DNA of 55,565 nucleotides from Moniliella sp. 'wahieum' (lineage: Eukaryota). The DNA lies in the NCBI GenBank assembly GCA_003971905.1, contig RSEE01000153.1, forward strand, positions 62,001-117,565, given 5' to 3'. A program made the position numbers and the translations under genes. A model generated the notes under the pieces. That model was not told the origin of the DNA and ran no database searches. It saw only the letters and a list, made by a program, of their open reading frames with translations. Of the stretch, positions 40,754-53,393 are shown one piece after another; position 1 is the first letter of the stretch, and every line of letters starts with the position of its first letter.

Positions 40754-41214
40754 GATCTAGGGATATTGTGAGAAGAGCCGCATCAGTATGGTCTGTGTGT
40801 TTCGACCAGGGTCTATCGCGCCCCGTGCAGTTCAAGGAGCTCCGATGTTGTAACCATTAATTCAATTTAACTTTTGCGTTTTCTTTTCCCAAGATGCATG
40901 ATCTCCGCATCCCTAAGGTATAGCCTCTGTTGCTCTTTTTGATGCATCCTTGTATTAGGCGTGTCGTTGGCTGGTGGCGTATTCGACCACCACACGACCA
41001 ACACTATAGTGCTATCGCATCACCCATTAGGGTGGCCATCTGGACTGCCACTCTCATCAGATAGGGGATCACGAATGTAATACGCCTTGGAAGAGCATCA
41101 AAAAGAAGCGGGAGAGCGTGCGTCTCTGGTCTGTATGGGACAGGGGGGGCAAGGTTTAAGGTTGGAGGGCCGCGATTGTCTGTCGGGCCGGTGGCAAGAA
41201 AAGCACCCACACCC

Positions 41215-44200
41215 ATGCATCATGTACAACCCATCGCCCATCCTTACCAAGTCGCCACCGCCATGCTTCGACCTCGGCTCAGTGGTGCCGCCCGATGGAA
41301 CAAGCTCGCACACGTGCACAATGGGACAGAAGCATCTGCTGTACCTGTTTCCTCGGCCTGGTCCACGGTGCAGCAGAACGGGAGGTTGCTGTTCCAGTGC
41401 CGTGCTTGCCCAGTTCGACCGATGACCCAGTTTGATGCACTCAAGCACGCGAAGGTGCGCAAGCACATCCATAACGTGGTGCTGGGTGCGAGGATGGGGG
41501 CTAGTCACGCCCACGCCATTGACGAGGTGGCCGAAGATGCGAGCATGCCCCCCCAGCCACCTAACGCACGCTCGCCTTCCCCTGCTTCCCGTGCCTCTTC
41601 ACCTGTAGACACTACCATGGCCGAGGACGAGTTAGGCCAGACGCAGCCCAGTGTTTCCTTTGAACCGCCTTCAAGAGCCCACGGGCGTGTCCTTTGCCGC
41701 CCGTGGGCGCGTGACAACCCGCTCGGCGCCTCGAATGAGCGTGTCGAGCAAATCCGCAACCAAGAGACTCTCGAGCACTTGCTTTTGGGCCAAGGTGATG
41801 ATGTGATCGGCGACGAAGATGACTCGAACTGGACTGATGCCGAGGATGACCTCGACTGGGACAGGGAGATGATGGGCGCAGGGTCGAACGCCACGGCGCA
41901 CGCAGCCGGATGCATTGCGTCTTCCGCCACACAGAGACGGCAGCATCACGGCTGGCGGCCCAAGCCTCATGCTGCTGAAGCAAGGATCAAGCTTCTGGAA
42001 CGACTGGTGGCCAATCCCCCAGCGTCATGGCCTGCCGCAGGCGTCTTTGAGTCACCAATGGTACGTCACATGTCACATTCTTGCTCTCTTGCTCGTTTGA
42101 GTGTGACTGGTGAGATTAACCTGCCAGCCGCAGATCTGGGCAGTTATGAACGTGTTCTATGGCTCGGTATTCTCCTTCTCAAGGCGCCAGGCCCGGGCAG
42201 CATTGCTCTTGATGCGGCTCGCCCGCTGCTTGCAGTGCGCCATACCTACATGGCACAAGGTGTCGCAAGTGCGGAGGAAACTCAACGGGCCGTTCACATC
42301 TGTTCCGAAGTATGTTGACTCTTCTCTGAGCGAGACGTACTTCAGTCCATTGGATGAGATCGCACGTCTGGCGTATGGCAACACCCGCTTGCGGAGCGTG
42401 ATCGAGGACTTGCCAGTGAAGCGAGCTGTGGTGCGCAACGTATCAGATGGCCAACGTTTCTATAAGGTCATGTCACGACAGCCGACTGCTGTCAACAGCT
42501 GCGGGAGAGTATTTTGGTTGGACGAACCCGCGGCTGTGAAGAGGCAGAGACCTGACACACAACCTCCCCATCCCCAGCGGATCGTTCTTGTCCAAGGATG
42601 GCACATTGAAGCTGACTCAAACGCTCCTCGGCGTGTAATGGCCCGTGTGAGAGACATGGTTCTGGATGATGGTGCTGGAGGCGCCGCTGGCATGATACGG
42701 CAAACATATCGTGTGTCCCCTACAGCTGAACAATCGGTTGTTCCACTCGACGATCTCACGCCCTTCAAGGAACAGGCCTACCGTCGCCTGTCATTTCGCG
42801 ACCAGTCTGGTGACGTTGTGGCGCAGAACTCGCTCCGCGCCATGTCTAAGGAGCATGGTGCCGACCGCGTTATCTTTGCACCCATGATGGCTTGGTGCGA
42901 CGACGCGCGCGTTTTCAGCCACAGCCGGCAGCGTGCGGGTGCAACAGTCATCTACCTGTCCTGGGCCGGTCTTCCTCAAAGCCACCTGTTCGCGGATGAG
43001 GGTACGAGTTTGTTCATGGTCAAGCTGGGAACTGATGAAGTGCGCGCGTTTGAGGCCCTTGTGCGCCAGGTCCAGTATGTCTTTGTTACTAAGCTATCTT
43101 ATATAATGTCACCGCTGACTGGCATTTCTGCTCAGGATATGGGGAAAGACAGGCATCAAGGGGGCCGACGGAATATCAGGCCGCCCGATTGTCCTCATCC
43201 CCCTTGTTCATGCTGTGGTAGCGGACAACCCAGCGGGAAACCACCTTGCTGCCCGTGCCCTCAGTCCTAGCCCCCTGTGCTGCCGTATTTGCGGGGCCAA
43301 TTTCCAGAACCGCGGCCATGCTGACCAAATTCTGCATGTGCTCACAGGAGGTGTGAAGCGAAGCAATAAGCAGATCCAAGCGAACCTCGAGAGGCAGGTG
43401 GATCACGCTATCCTGGGCAATAACGCTGCATACGACCGGGAACGCGCCGCGACGGGCGACAGGGACCCCAACGTCCACCGACTCTGCTGCTCCTGTGTCG
43501 CCGACATGGACATGTTCGAGAATAAGGGTGAGAAGCAGCCCATTCACACTCGCCCGTCCCGGAAGGGATTTGCTTTGCCTAAGACAAGGGCTAGGGTCAT
43601 TGAGCTGAACCAATCCGAGGCGGACGATCTGCGACGGAAGAGTTTCTTGATGTGCCCGGCGCTGTCCCTGCCGCAGTTTGATGTGGCGGACTGCTTTCCC
43701 CTCGACTTTCTTCACACCTTCCTCCTCGGAATAGGGAAGGACCTGCTAAAGTTGGTGGCGACAAGGGTGAAGCCTAAGGCGAAGGAGCAATTGGCGATAT
43801 TCATCAGCGGTCTCAACACGGAGGGTATCCCTGGCGCAGAGGGCACCAAGATCCGAGCTAAGGGTTTGATGGCTAACCTAAAGACTGGGGTTGGGAAAGA
43901 TGTGCGCACTATGCTTGTGGCTCTCCCATTCGCGGCACTCCCTATCCTTGAGACCGGAAAAGAGGCCAACAATGAGAAGGAGTTCACGTTTCCGATTCCG
44001 CTTTATGATGCTATCGTCGCGGCAGCCGACCTGCATGGTTTGCTTTCCAGGACATGGTACCCGGCAGCCGGGCAGGCCAGGGCCCAGTTCATGGTACGTC
44101 CCACAGCCTTGATTGATATACGGGTTTAGACGCTGACATGCCTGTTATGGCTGGAACAGTACCGGGTGACCCAGACTGCATACCGACTGATCGAACGCCT

Positions 44201-45437
44201 TTCGAGACTCGGCCCCGACAGCGCCATGATCGCGACGCGACCGAAGCTCCATCTCCTCCTGGCGCATACGTCTGATGCGCTCGAATTGTTCGGCCCTCTC
44301 CAGAACACGGACGCTGCCAGATTCGAGGGTCGCGTGAAGCACATCCGTGCGTCCGTTGCCCATTGCAACTTCCAGAACCTCCCGCGTGACACCTTGTACA
44401 ACGTCATGGTCGCCGAGAAGATTCTGCACCACTCTTCACCGGGGTATGATGTGTCTAGTGACGGCTCGGTGGTGGCTCGGCCTGGAGCTCCTCCCGGGGT
44501 GCTGGAGCAAGGGAAGGAAGAGCCCGACTACGACTCTGATGGCATGGCGATTCCACGAGTGGTGCTGGCCCCAGCCAAGAACCAATCCTCGGTGGGTTGC
44601 AACAACCTCACCGACGAGGAGCTGGGTCGTTTCCAGTTGGCGGACCGTGTCAAGGTGCGGGCGCAGTACCTGGTGGGCAAGGCGGCTGTTATCGCTACAG
44701 GGGAGATGATCCGTGTGGGGATGAACGTGACGATCGGCCAGAAGTCGGCCGAGTACAGCGCGTCCGCCGACTTTGTTATTGGCAAGATCCTCCGGATTGG
44801 GCGCGACCCGTTGGATGAGAAGGCTGCCTGGGTCGGGTACAGGCCGTACATCATCACGGGTAGCACGCATCGCTCAGGCTGCCGCATTGTCCGCGAACTC
44901 GATGATGGTGATGCTCCAGAAGAGTTTGCCCTATTGATGGTGAGCACCGATGAGTGCTGAATCCGGCTGCGTGACAATTGCTCATCAAGTACTGACACTG
45001 GGACATTGTGACCACAGGATGTTGGCAGCGAGGCGCCTCTCCAGCACGCCTGCACCAAGAAGTGCATGATAGAGCAAGACGGCGAGAAAATACTGGTGCA
45101 CAACTACGAGAAGGACCCAGTCTCGGGGGAGAATGAGGCGATGGAGTACTTCATCCCGGCGGCTTCTCATTTTAAAGCCAAGAATGGGAAGCGGCTGGTA
45201 TTGAACGAATACGCTATGCGAAGTCCACCACACCACAAGCCGCACATGGACTTGAGGATCAGCTGGAAGTCCCCCGAACTGAGCGCCAACGCGCTGAGCA
45301 AAGACGTGGCCCAGAGGATTGCAACGAACGGTGCCATGCACCTGTGGGACAAGCGCGCCAAGAAGAAGACACCTGCCGTGGCCGCTGTCGGAGGAGGGGG
45401 CAACAGCGGCGACTCTTCGGACAGTGATAATGATTGA
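41215..45437 (+). CDS. CMC-type DDE transposase, ~1314 aa; exons 41215-42060, 42134-43074, 43136-44093, 44160-44939, 45018-45437 (start codon uncertain)
   Basis: N-terminal C2H2 finger (CRAC..H..H); WCDD, ADNP, CRIC, DFLHTFLLG, KLHLLLAH, RFEG match D-D-C(2)C-LH-H(4)H-E; all four introns splice in frame. Confidence 0.88.
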
Positions 45438-45850
45438 TGCGAGAACCAAATGGACATATGCATCGCGCGATGAGGATGAGTATAGGTTTGGTGTCAGTAG
45501 TCAGTCGTCAGTAGCCAGGCCATAGGGTGGTGCGCATCCCGGACCCATCAGCCGGAACCTCTCGAGACGTGAGATGGGGCGGTGGGCGGCGCTTTGACAT
45601 GATGCGCATGCGCACATAAGCTTCTTTTGCCGGCGAACGAGCCAGGTGACGGGTGACTGTCATGCGTCCCATGCGCACGGGCATGGCCGAAGCGAAGGGG
45701 CGGTTATGGAGTAAGAGGCCAGACGGTGAGGCGTCGGTTGCAGCCCCAAATGGATGTCGCCACAAGCGTCGGGTCTCTGCCACGGCCTCCTCAGCCCCAC
45801 TCCGCTTATCCAGCCGATCTACCCATTTTCCAATCCCGCCATGACCCATG

Positions 45851-45876
45851 TTTCAATTTTTCACACCCGCCCGTGG
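45851..45876 (-). repeat. Right terminal inverted repeat
   Basis: TTTCAATTTTTCACACCCGCCCGTGG. Confidence 0.93.
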
Positions 45877-47356
45877 GGGCCGCCGAGGGTCCCAACACTT
45901 TCGGCCATCATGCATCATGCTGCGTAGTCACCAGACTGACTGCACAGACTAGTGATGCCCTGTCATCATGTCGTATGTCATAGTATGAGCAACAGGAAGA
46001 AATTTCGGGCGGCAAATAAGGCGATCCATGTAGCCACCGCGAAAGGCCGACAGGGAGAGGAGAGAAGAGAAGCCCTGCGTGGCTTTTTTGCGTACACCGA
46101 AATCAGCGGCCCAATAAGGCGGGACAATAGAATGGGAGTTTTGACCGCAGCATACCCTCTTTGGGGGAATGGTTCACTCTTTCTTGAATCCGAAAAAAGC
46201 CGAGAGGACCTGCGGTGGATCCACCCGCACCGGCCATCTTGGCCCTTCTCCGCACCTCGGTCTTCCGACGCCGCCGCTGTCAGCCGCAGCACACAGCCAA
46301 CTAGTCAACGCACATACGCCTCACCTGTCACAACAATGGCACCCCCTGTCTTCCCACGCCCATCCGACCCAATAGGGTTTGCAGATTGAAACTTGAAGGA
46401 ACGTGGGCCACGCTCCACTGACGCTCCACGCTCAAACCACGCCAAACCACGCAGCACTCTCCCTCTCTCAATCCCCATCAATCCGCACGCCACACGCCCA
46501 TCCGACACGACCACATGTCCACACACCCGCAGTCTCCTATATCGACACCATCCATCAGCACAGTCTTCTGAGAGCAACTTTCTCTGGAACAATATTGGCT
46601 TTTTTCTCTTCTTCTGTATCCGTTCTTTGACGCCCACCACGTACCACAATAACCAACACGTCATATACACAGCGCGACGATTCTTCCTCCATCTCTCTCG
46701 GGATCCCGCGGCATCTTAGCTCCATGACATGAGACGCGCAGCCACCTTCAGGTGTAGGTGTGTTGCTGCGGTGCCCCCTGGTCAGTTTTGCCCTAGAGGA
46801 GATGTCGTCCCTTGCATACCTCGCGCCCAAAGGGCCGAGAATGTCGGTGGACGACAGCAATGCACTTTCATGGATTTTCGCACGTCTTCGGCGCCTGTCA
46901 CTCCTCTGGGTTGCTATTGGTTCCACTCGCTATACCACCGACTGGGCGGGAGACGACTGAGCGGGAGAGCGTGTCGTGCGACATCATGCATTGATACCTC
47001 ACAGCTCAAATCGTTCCTTGCCTCTCTGCCCAAGGGGCCCTGTGCTGGCCAGAGGCCAGCATGGGAAGATCCGTTTCTATAGGAGGTTTCTCTACAACGA
47101 GAAAAGAGAGCAAAGGCCAAGCTGGTATATGCGGGGCTACACCGTATATATACTCCAAGATTCTGCGAGGTCTCTATCTTTTTTCCACCACCACTCCACA
47201 TTTCTCCCGCCGTCTCTCGTCTCTACGCACAACCAACAAACACCCTCCCATTTCACTCCTAACACAGCCCAGTACGTCTCATTCTTCCTTATCTCTTCCA
47301 TCTACCCTGCTTTTTCTCGAGACTGATCAATCCTTACTTGCTCTGCACACAGCATC

Positions 47357-47683
47357 ATGCTCGCTCGTACTGGTTTGTTCGCTACCGTCCTTGCTCTTGC
47401 CTTCTCGGGCATGGCTACAGCCAGCGCAATCACGGTTACTACCGTTGGGGGATCGGCGCCGCGCCAAGATGCGTCGGTGCAGTGCAATGCGTGCGCAGGC
47501 GCCCCTGGCACCTCCTCTCTTACTGTTGATGGTTCGGGCGGATCAACCTGCATGCTGGCCTACTACAGTGACGGTGCTTGCCAGAACGAGATTAGCGCCG
47601 CTCCGGGCCCTATCACCGTCACTGGCAACATCAACTCTTACCAGGCCATTAGCACTGACCCGAACCAGGCGTGCCAATGCTAG
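47357..47683 (+). CDS. Small secreted cysteine-rich protein (108 aa, 6 Cys); probable 5'-UTR intron ~47272-47352
   Basis: Signal peptide MLARTGLFATVLALAFSGMATA-SA; clean ORF ending ACQC; upstream GTACGT..CTGAT..CAG. Confidence 0.82.
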   Translation: MLARTGLFATVLALAFSGMATASAITVTTVGGSAPRQDASVQCNACAGAPGTSSLTVDGSGGSTCMLAYYSDGACQNEISAAPGPITVTGNINSYQAISTDPNQACQC

Positions 47684-48459
47684 GAAGGCTTCATACTATA
47701 GGCACAGCACAAACCCCCACGGTATCATTGCTCTCTAATAATGTCCTGTTGGGGGGCTTCTGAAGCAAACGCCTTGGTTTCCTCCCATGGACCATTGATT
47801 TCTCTCCTTTCCTCCTCCATATCTCTTGCGCCTTTCACGCCCAACAAGAGTTCGGTGCGGCTTTTATCGTCTGGAAACAGCTGGTACAATCTGGCTGTTT
47901 CTCCTTTTTCGCTCCAAATGATTTTTTCTACAATAGCCATGTATACTAATATATAGTATAGTATCATCTAGAATCTGCCTTTCTTTTCCCATTTCATGTC
48001 GACGAGAGGTGCATTCTCTCTTTCACACAACAAAAACATATAGTGTGCGTTGGTCGTGCCCTCTTGCGTCGTCGCGCCGGTATAATAGAGAGCTTTTTGT
48101 CTAAAACGATGGAGAGAAAAGACTGTCGGAGAGGGGGATGGAAAAGACCACTCTGTTGTAACACAGAGATGGCAGCTTCCCTATTAGACAGACTCTCTGC
48201 GACGCTTCTTGCACTAATACCATACCTATGTCGTTCCGTTCACAGAGTCAGGGGGTCCACATGCCATCTATTGACAAAACCCAGGCCAGGCTCTCCATCT
48301 CATCATCACATGTCGTCAAGTACGAAATGCGCTCTGAGGCTGTACCAGCCTTTGGGCCATCTCATCCCTGGATGACACTCGAGCCATGCTTTCCTCCTAC
48401 TGCCTCCGGAGCAGTGGACTACTACCGAGACGCCACGGTGAATACGATATGGAACGTTA

Positions 48460-49516
48460 CTAAATTATGATATGTTGTGCGTGCTGGAGCGGCGGTCTCG
48501 AGTCTGTCGACGACGATGGTTGGCGCGGTTCGGGCCACGGGTAGGGGGCGAGGCAGGAGCCGCCGTCAAATGGGAGAGGAGCAGCCTGTGCAGGTGTCAG
48601 GGGCACAGGGAGGTTGTGGGGATCGATGGGCAGCTCAGCGGAGTATGCCTTTGCCACCGTTTCGTTCCAAGACAGGTCACGGCATTCGACCGCAAACGCG
48701 TCGTTTCGCATCGCCCGAATGAGGATTTGGCGCCACAACTCGTCAGAGTTGGAGAAAACGGCTTTGAACTGGGCGCGTAGATCCGCAATACCAGCGGTGA
48801 CGGGGCCGGAAGTCTCTGCAACGGGTAGATGTTTGGGCTTCGAATAGGGTCTTGAAGCCATCGGCGGGGCCCATAGTGGCAAATGCGGCGGTCAGCATCT
48901 CGTACGCGGCTGAGGCGAGGAAGGGGTGCTTTGCAGGACACTGCGTGCAGGACTGTTGGAGGGGATGCCAGCATCCACAATGGCCCAAAGAGCGTGGTCG
49001 AGGCGAGCGTCGTACTCCGCGGCAGCAAGGCCATTGAGAATGATGTCACGCGCGTTGGGCGTGATGGCAGCGACGGCATGTTCAGTCAATTTGAGCCAGC
49101 CGCGGACAGCCCACGGGTCGGCCGTGCTTGACAATTGCCGAGTTTAGCGGGCGAGGCAGGCAGCTCTGTCTATGGCAGATCGAACGTCCGAGGTGAGAGG
49201 CCATCGAACGTTCGAAGTGAGAGACGAAGCAGCAGGTGCAGGCTCGGGCGTGGGTTCGAGCGCAGGTTCGGGTGTGGGAGCGGGCGTGCCGGCTTCGGCC
49301 ACCAGCAGCTGGGGAAGTAGGGCCTGGATAGTGGCGTCGACAATGGATTGCATGTCGGGACCAGGGGGGGGTGGGGGAAGTGACCACGGCGGGGGGGGCG
49401 ATCCTTGAGGCACCGTGGTCGGAGGGCGGTGGGGACAACGAAGAGTCGTTGCCGTCGGCGATATCGTCCATCTCGGGGCCGGCGGCGTTGGGTTCAACGG
49501 CGCGGCGGTTGGACAT
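48460..49516 (-). mobile_element. Copia-like gag ORF (frameshifted), no pol or LTR seen
   Basis: Pro-rich N-terminus, then W..LTEHAV, DARLDHALWAIVDAGI, ASAAYEMLTAAFA, LFEAQ..GPVTAGIADLRAQF, ELWRQILIRAM; pattern resembles copia Gag helices (judged by eye). Confidence 0.5.
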
Positions 49517-49750
49517 GGGGTGGGAGATGTGGGAGGTAGGTGATGTCCAACAAGATAGGGGGGGTGGTTGGGCTAAAAGTCAGGAAGGCTGAGTGGGATC
49601 AAATTTCAAACCAGTAACATGTCAACCTGGTGACTGGTGACCGGCAGGGTGACCGATGACTAGCAAAGTGTGATTATCTCGGACCCGACAGAGACGAGGT
49701 GGTCCCTTCGTGATACCATAAAATTTTGCATCGCTTGTTGCGGGGTATAA

Positions 49751-49828
49751 GCTCCGATCTTCCAGTGGTTAGGAAGTGGGATTTTGAATTAACTTCCCGA
49801 AACCTGGGTTCGAATCCCAGTTGGAGCT
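49751..49828 (+). tRNA. tRNA-Gln(UUG) with a 6-nt intron (49788-49793)
   Basis: Acceptor GCTCCGA/TTGGAGC, D-stem TTCC/GGAA, anticodon stem TGGGA/TCCCG with TTG at 49784-49786, T-arm CTGGG-TTCGAAT-CCCAG, T5 Pol III terminator. Confidence 0.92.
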
Positions 49829-50292
49829 TTTTGCTGGCAATTTTTTAGTTGCAAGGATGCTGGTTGCGACGACACCAGAGGCTACTTGGAGCAATCCTTT
49901 CGCCTTGCTTTTTGCTACAACGCTGGTCCCAGCAGTGCCTTCAGCTGAAGGGTCAGGCTGTTCGTTCAAGCTCGCTGTTGGAAGTGGGCAACGTGCAGCT
50001 TTTGGCAACTGCCGCGCCATCCCACCAGGCCGGCTATTCCAGCCTATTATCCCAGAGAGACAGCGCATGCGCGCCATGTCGGCAACATTCCGAGTATATG
50101 CATACTGCGTGCTGGCACACGAACCGTTCCCGAGCACATTTCTGCTCAACGAACGCTTGCTGCCGGGAGCTATGGTTCCAATATCTGAACTTGTCCCGCC
50201 CACAGGATGCGCCTGCACCAGTACCAAAGAGAGCAGAATAGAATCAGATGAATGCAGATCTGGACGGCATAGCAAGCGCCTGAAGCCCCACC

Positions 50293-52668
50293 TCAGGCGG
50301 GCGAGGCGTCACCTCGACAGTGGAGGAGGATATCAAAGGCAAACAAAAAGGACTCAGAAAGACGAATTCCATCATGGACGGGCCACACATCAGAGCCACA
50401 GGCTACAGAACGTAGACACCAGGACACCAATGAGAGCCCCCAAAGAGGTGAGGGGCCAAGTTGGGAAGAGACGAAGAGGATTCCCGAGGCATTACTCGCG
50501 CGCCAGGGCCGCCGTGCCCCCCGGAAGCGAGCCGTATTTGCTGCTGAATTGTACAGTTTCCGGTTCAAATCGTCCAGCAGCTGCGACGCATCTTTCCTCC
50601 TGGCTGTCACCTCAACTCCAACCGATGCGACCGAGGCAGAAGAGGTCAAGCCTTGTCTGGACAAGCCCATCCGGCGCAGACGCGCTTCTCGAGAGGCCGC
50701 CTCAATTTGCGCGCCCATCCATCACATACTCTCCAATCGCTCGAATGCGCTTGCGCATCTCCCATCGTTGTCCTTCGGGGGGGAAACGGATCTTGCTGCC
50801 TGGCTCGGTGCGCTTGTCGACCTGGTACCCGCTTTCCCCCTTCTTCACCACCCCTTCCACCTCGACAGCCTCCTCCACCTGCACATCCGATGGTGAAGAG
50901 GGCAAGACGTGGGCCATGTGCATCAGGTGCTCCGGCAATCCCACTTGGGCAGCGGCCGCCGCCGCAGGCGGCAATTGGACCTTGGCCGGAACCACATCCC
51001 GCGCCGCAGCAGATCCGCGGCTAGTTCCGCGAGGTGCCTTGGTCGGCGAGGGGGAGCTTTCTTGGACCGGAGTAGAAGCCAGACTTTCTTGGGCCTTGGT
51101 CTCCTTCTCCTTACGACCAACCTTGCGTCCATTGGGCTTCTTATCACTCTCGTCCTCTTCGGCCTCGCTGTAGGTAAGGTTGGGTCAGTTACTTCTGAAA
51201 GAACATGAAAGAGAAGCGAAAAAAAAGCACAAGAACACAAGGACATACTCTTCTTCTGGGGGCGTGGAACGTTTACGCTTTCGTTGACCCACTTCTCTCC
51301 GCTTGGGCTCCTCCTCGGGGACAGCAGGTTCCTCCAGTAGATGGGCCGGAATAGGTTCCCAGCCATAGTTGCTGTCGCGCGAGTTCATCGTTGCTCTCCG
51401 CTTGCGGGGAGGGGATGGGAAGTGAGGCTAGTGGTGGGCGAGACGTTGCGACGGGTAGAGGGCCATTGTTGGGAAGGGGCAGGCGTGCCGTGGAAGGCAG
51501 GACAGGATGGGCTCCGTTGCCGAATGGCCAACTGGACAGCAATCTTGGCCGCCTCCAGCTCAGCTCGAGTCGCCGTACCATTTCGTCGAGACGCATGCGG
51601 GCTCTTCTTGGAACGTTGGAGGTAGCCTAGGTCGCGCAAAAGGCGAATATGCAGGTCAGGGCGGCACTGCTCGCAGTAATACACATCCGGGCACTCGTCC
51701 TCCCCTTCCATGCCCATGCAGACACAATGCTGCCAGCAATGGCACGTGTCGCATTGGATCATCAGTCCAATCGACTCTTCCTCGGAACCACAAATGCAAC
51801 GCGTCTCGCCCTCGTCACCTTCGCCCTCTTCGCCCTCGCCCTCGTCCCCTCGCCCTCGTCCACAGCCTGAGATACTTCCAAGCTGGTGTTCATGCCAGAT
51901 GCGGCATCTTGTGTGGCATCTTGCTTAGGAGGCGATTGAGCGTCAGGGGTGCCCTCTACCCCGTCCTTGTCAAAATGCTGCTCTTCCACCTTGTCCTTAG
52001 CGGAAGAGGTACGCTTGAATGGCTTGGACTCGGCACTGGATGCGCGGGCGGACGAACTGGAAGAGCTCGTATGGGTGGGTGGAGATAGCTGGGTGCGGGC
52101 CCGCCGGCGGGGACCCTCAATCACTTCGCCATCGCCAATGGTGGAGAGGCCGAGTTGAGAAAGCTCTTTGAGTGTCGAGGGCATCCGCCGTTCTTTCTTT
52201 TCTTGCCTTCGCTGCCCTCGTCGGAATCATGTTCGGATAGCGGCTCGGTCTTGGTGGTGTGGGGGGCAGTAGCGGCATCGCCACTGTGTTCCGACTGGTC
52301 CTCGGAGAGGGGTTCGGGCTTGGCAGGCTTCGCATCGTGTTCATCTTCTTGGCCCTGCGCGTGCTCTAGGTCGGCGTCAGCGTCAGACTGGCCAGGAGAA
52401 TGGGTGTGGACGGCAGTGGAGGAGTGATGAGGGGGAGGGGGGGGGCGCGGGCAGCGGCCGGGCAACGCCATCGGCCGTATCGGCATCGGCATCGGCATCG
52501 GCATCGGCATTTGCATCGGCGGGGGCGGACGCTGCGACGGGGCTGGCCGGCGGGGCAGCAGAAGCAGCGCGCGAGGCAGGCGCATGCTCCGACGGCGGCT
52601 GGGAGACAGGCGTAGGCTCGCGGGAGCCAGCAAGCTCGCCCCTCGAGTTCGTGGTCAGACGGCGGCAT
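50293..52668 (-). CDS. CTI6: PHD-finger Rpd3L histone deacetylase complex subunit, Cti6-like; intron ~51175-51248; indels
   Basis: [60 protein letters not shown]. Confidence 0.78.
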
Positions 52669-53393
52669 GGCAGGGGGGGGGGGTGGTGGTGGCAGCGGGC
52701 GGTCGTTCGACCTTACGTGGGCGAGCAGGGCGATTGCATGACAAGACCGACCGTTTCTGCCATGGCTTGCTGGCTGCTGCGAGTCTCTGCCGGCGTCCAG
52801 CCCGGGGGAGAAACGCCTGCGCAGTTCCGCTGGGCGGAATGGGATGGGCCAACCCCAGCAAGCCGAGGATCCCCCAGGCTGATCTGAGCAGCGCTCAGCT
52901 GGCGGAGGCCCCCCGCTTGCACCGACTCGCGGCCCGGCCGCCCGAGCCGGCACAGGGGGAGTGGCCGCCTGCCGGTGGAGTCTGGGAGTGCGCTACGTGT
53001 GACATGTGGCATGTGTCATCTGACATGATGCATGATGCATGATGCATGATGCATGATCAACCAACATTCCGCACGAGTGCGCTGCTGGCGCTCGCTAATC
53101 GCGCGCCAATCATTCTCGACGCGGACCTTCTTGAAATGAACATTCGATAGCCAACCTCCCGCGACGGCCCTTGCATGCGGCCTCCGGCCTTCTACGGCCG
53201 CTTGCTCGGCTTGGCCGCCGAGTGGCTTCAACTTCAAGCTTCAAGCTCCAAGCTTCACTAGTCAGTCCACCGAGTAGCTCGTCTCTCCTCGCCCGCCCAA
53301 CGCCGCCTCGCACGACAGCCCCCAACAGCTCACCCAGCGTCGCAAAAAGACGCCACCCCCGCTCCCACGCTTCTCCGCCCCCTCGCCCCCACC

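Larger units (their letters stand above)
36647..45876. mobile_element. 9.23-kb CMC-superfamily (CACTA/Mirage/Chapaev/Plavaka-like) DNA transposon, apparently autonomous
   Basis: 26-bp TIRs (25/26 identical) bracket a DDE transposase, a divergent accessory gene and a subterminal array; no TSD is visible. Confidence 0.88.

Noticed and set aside
36647..45876. Fanzor/TnpB or TET/JBP cargo in the transposon
   Set aside because: No RuvC with zinc ribbon and no 2OG-Fe dioxygenase motifs were seen in any frame.
46729..47082. Short ORFs between the right TIR and the secreted protein gene
   Set aside because: No recognisable similarity or clear gene structure.
38333..48045. CACTA/TAGTG pentamers as transposon ends (38333, 41002, ~45950, 48041)
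   Set aside because: No extended inverted match; the 26-bp CACGG TIR pair explains the element better.
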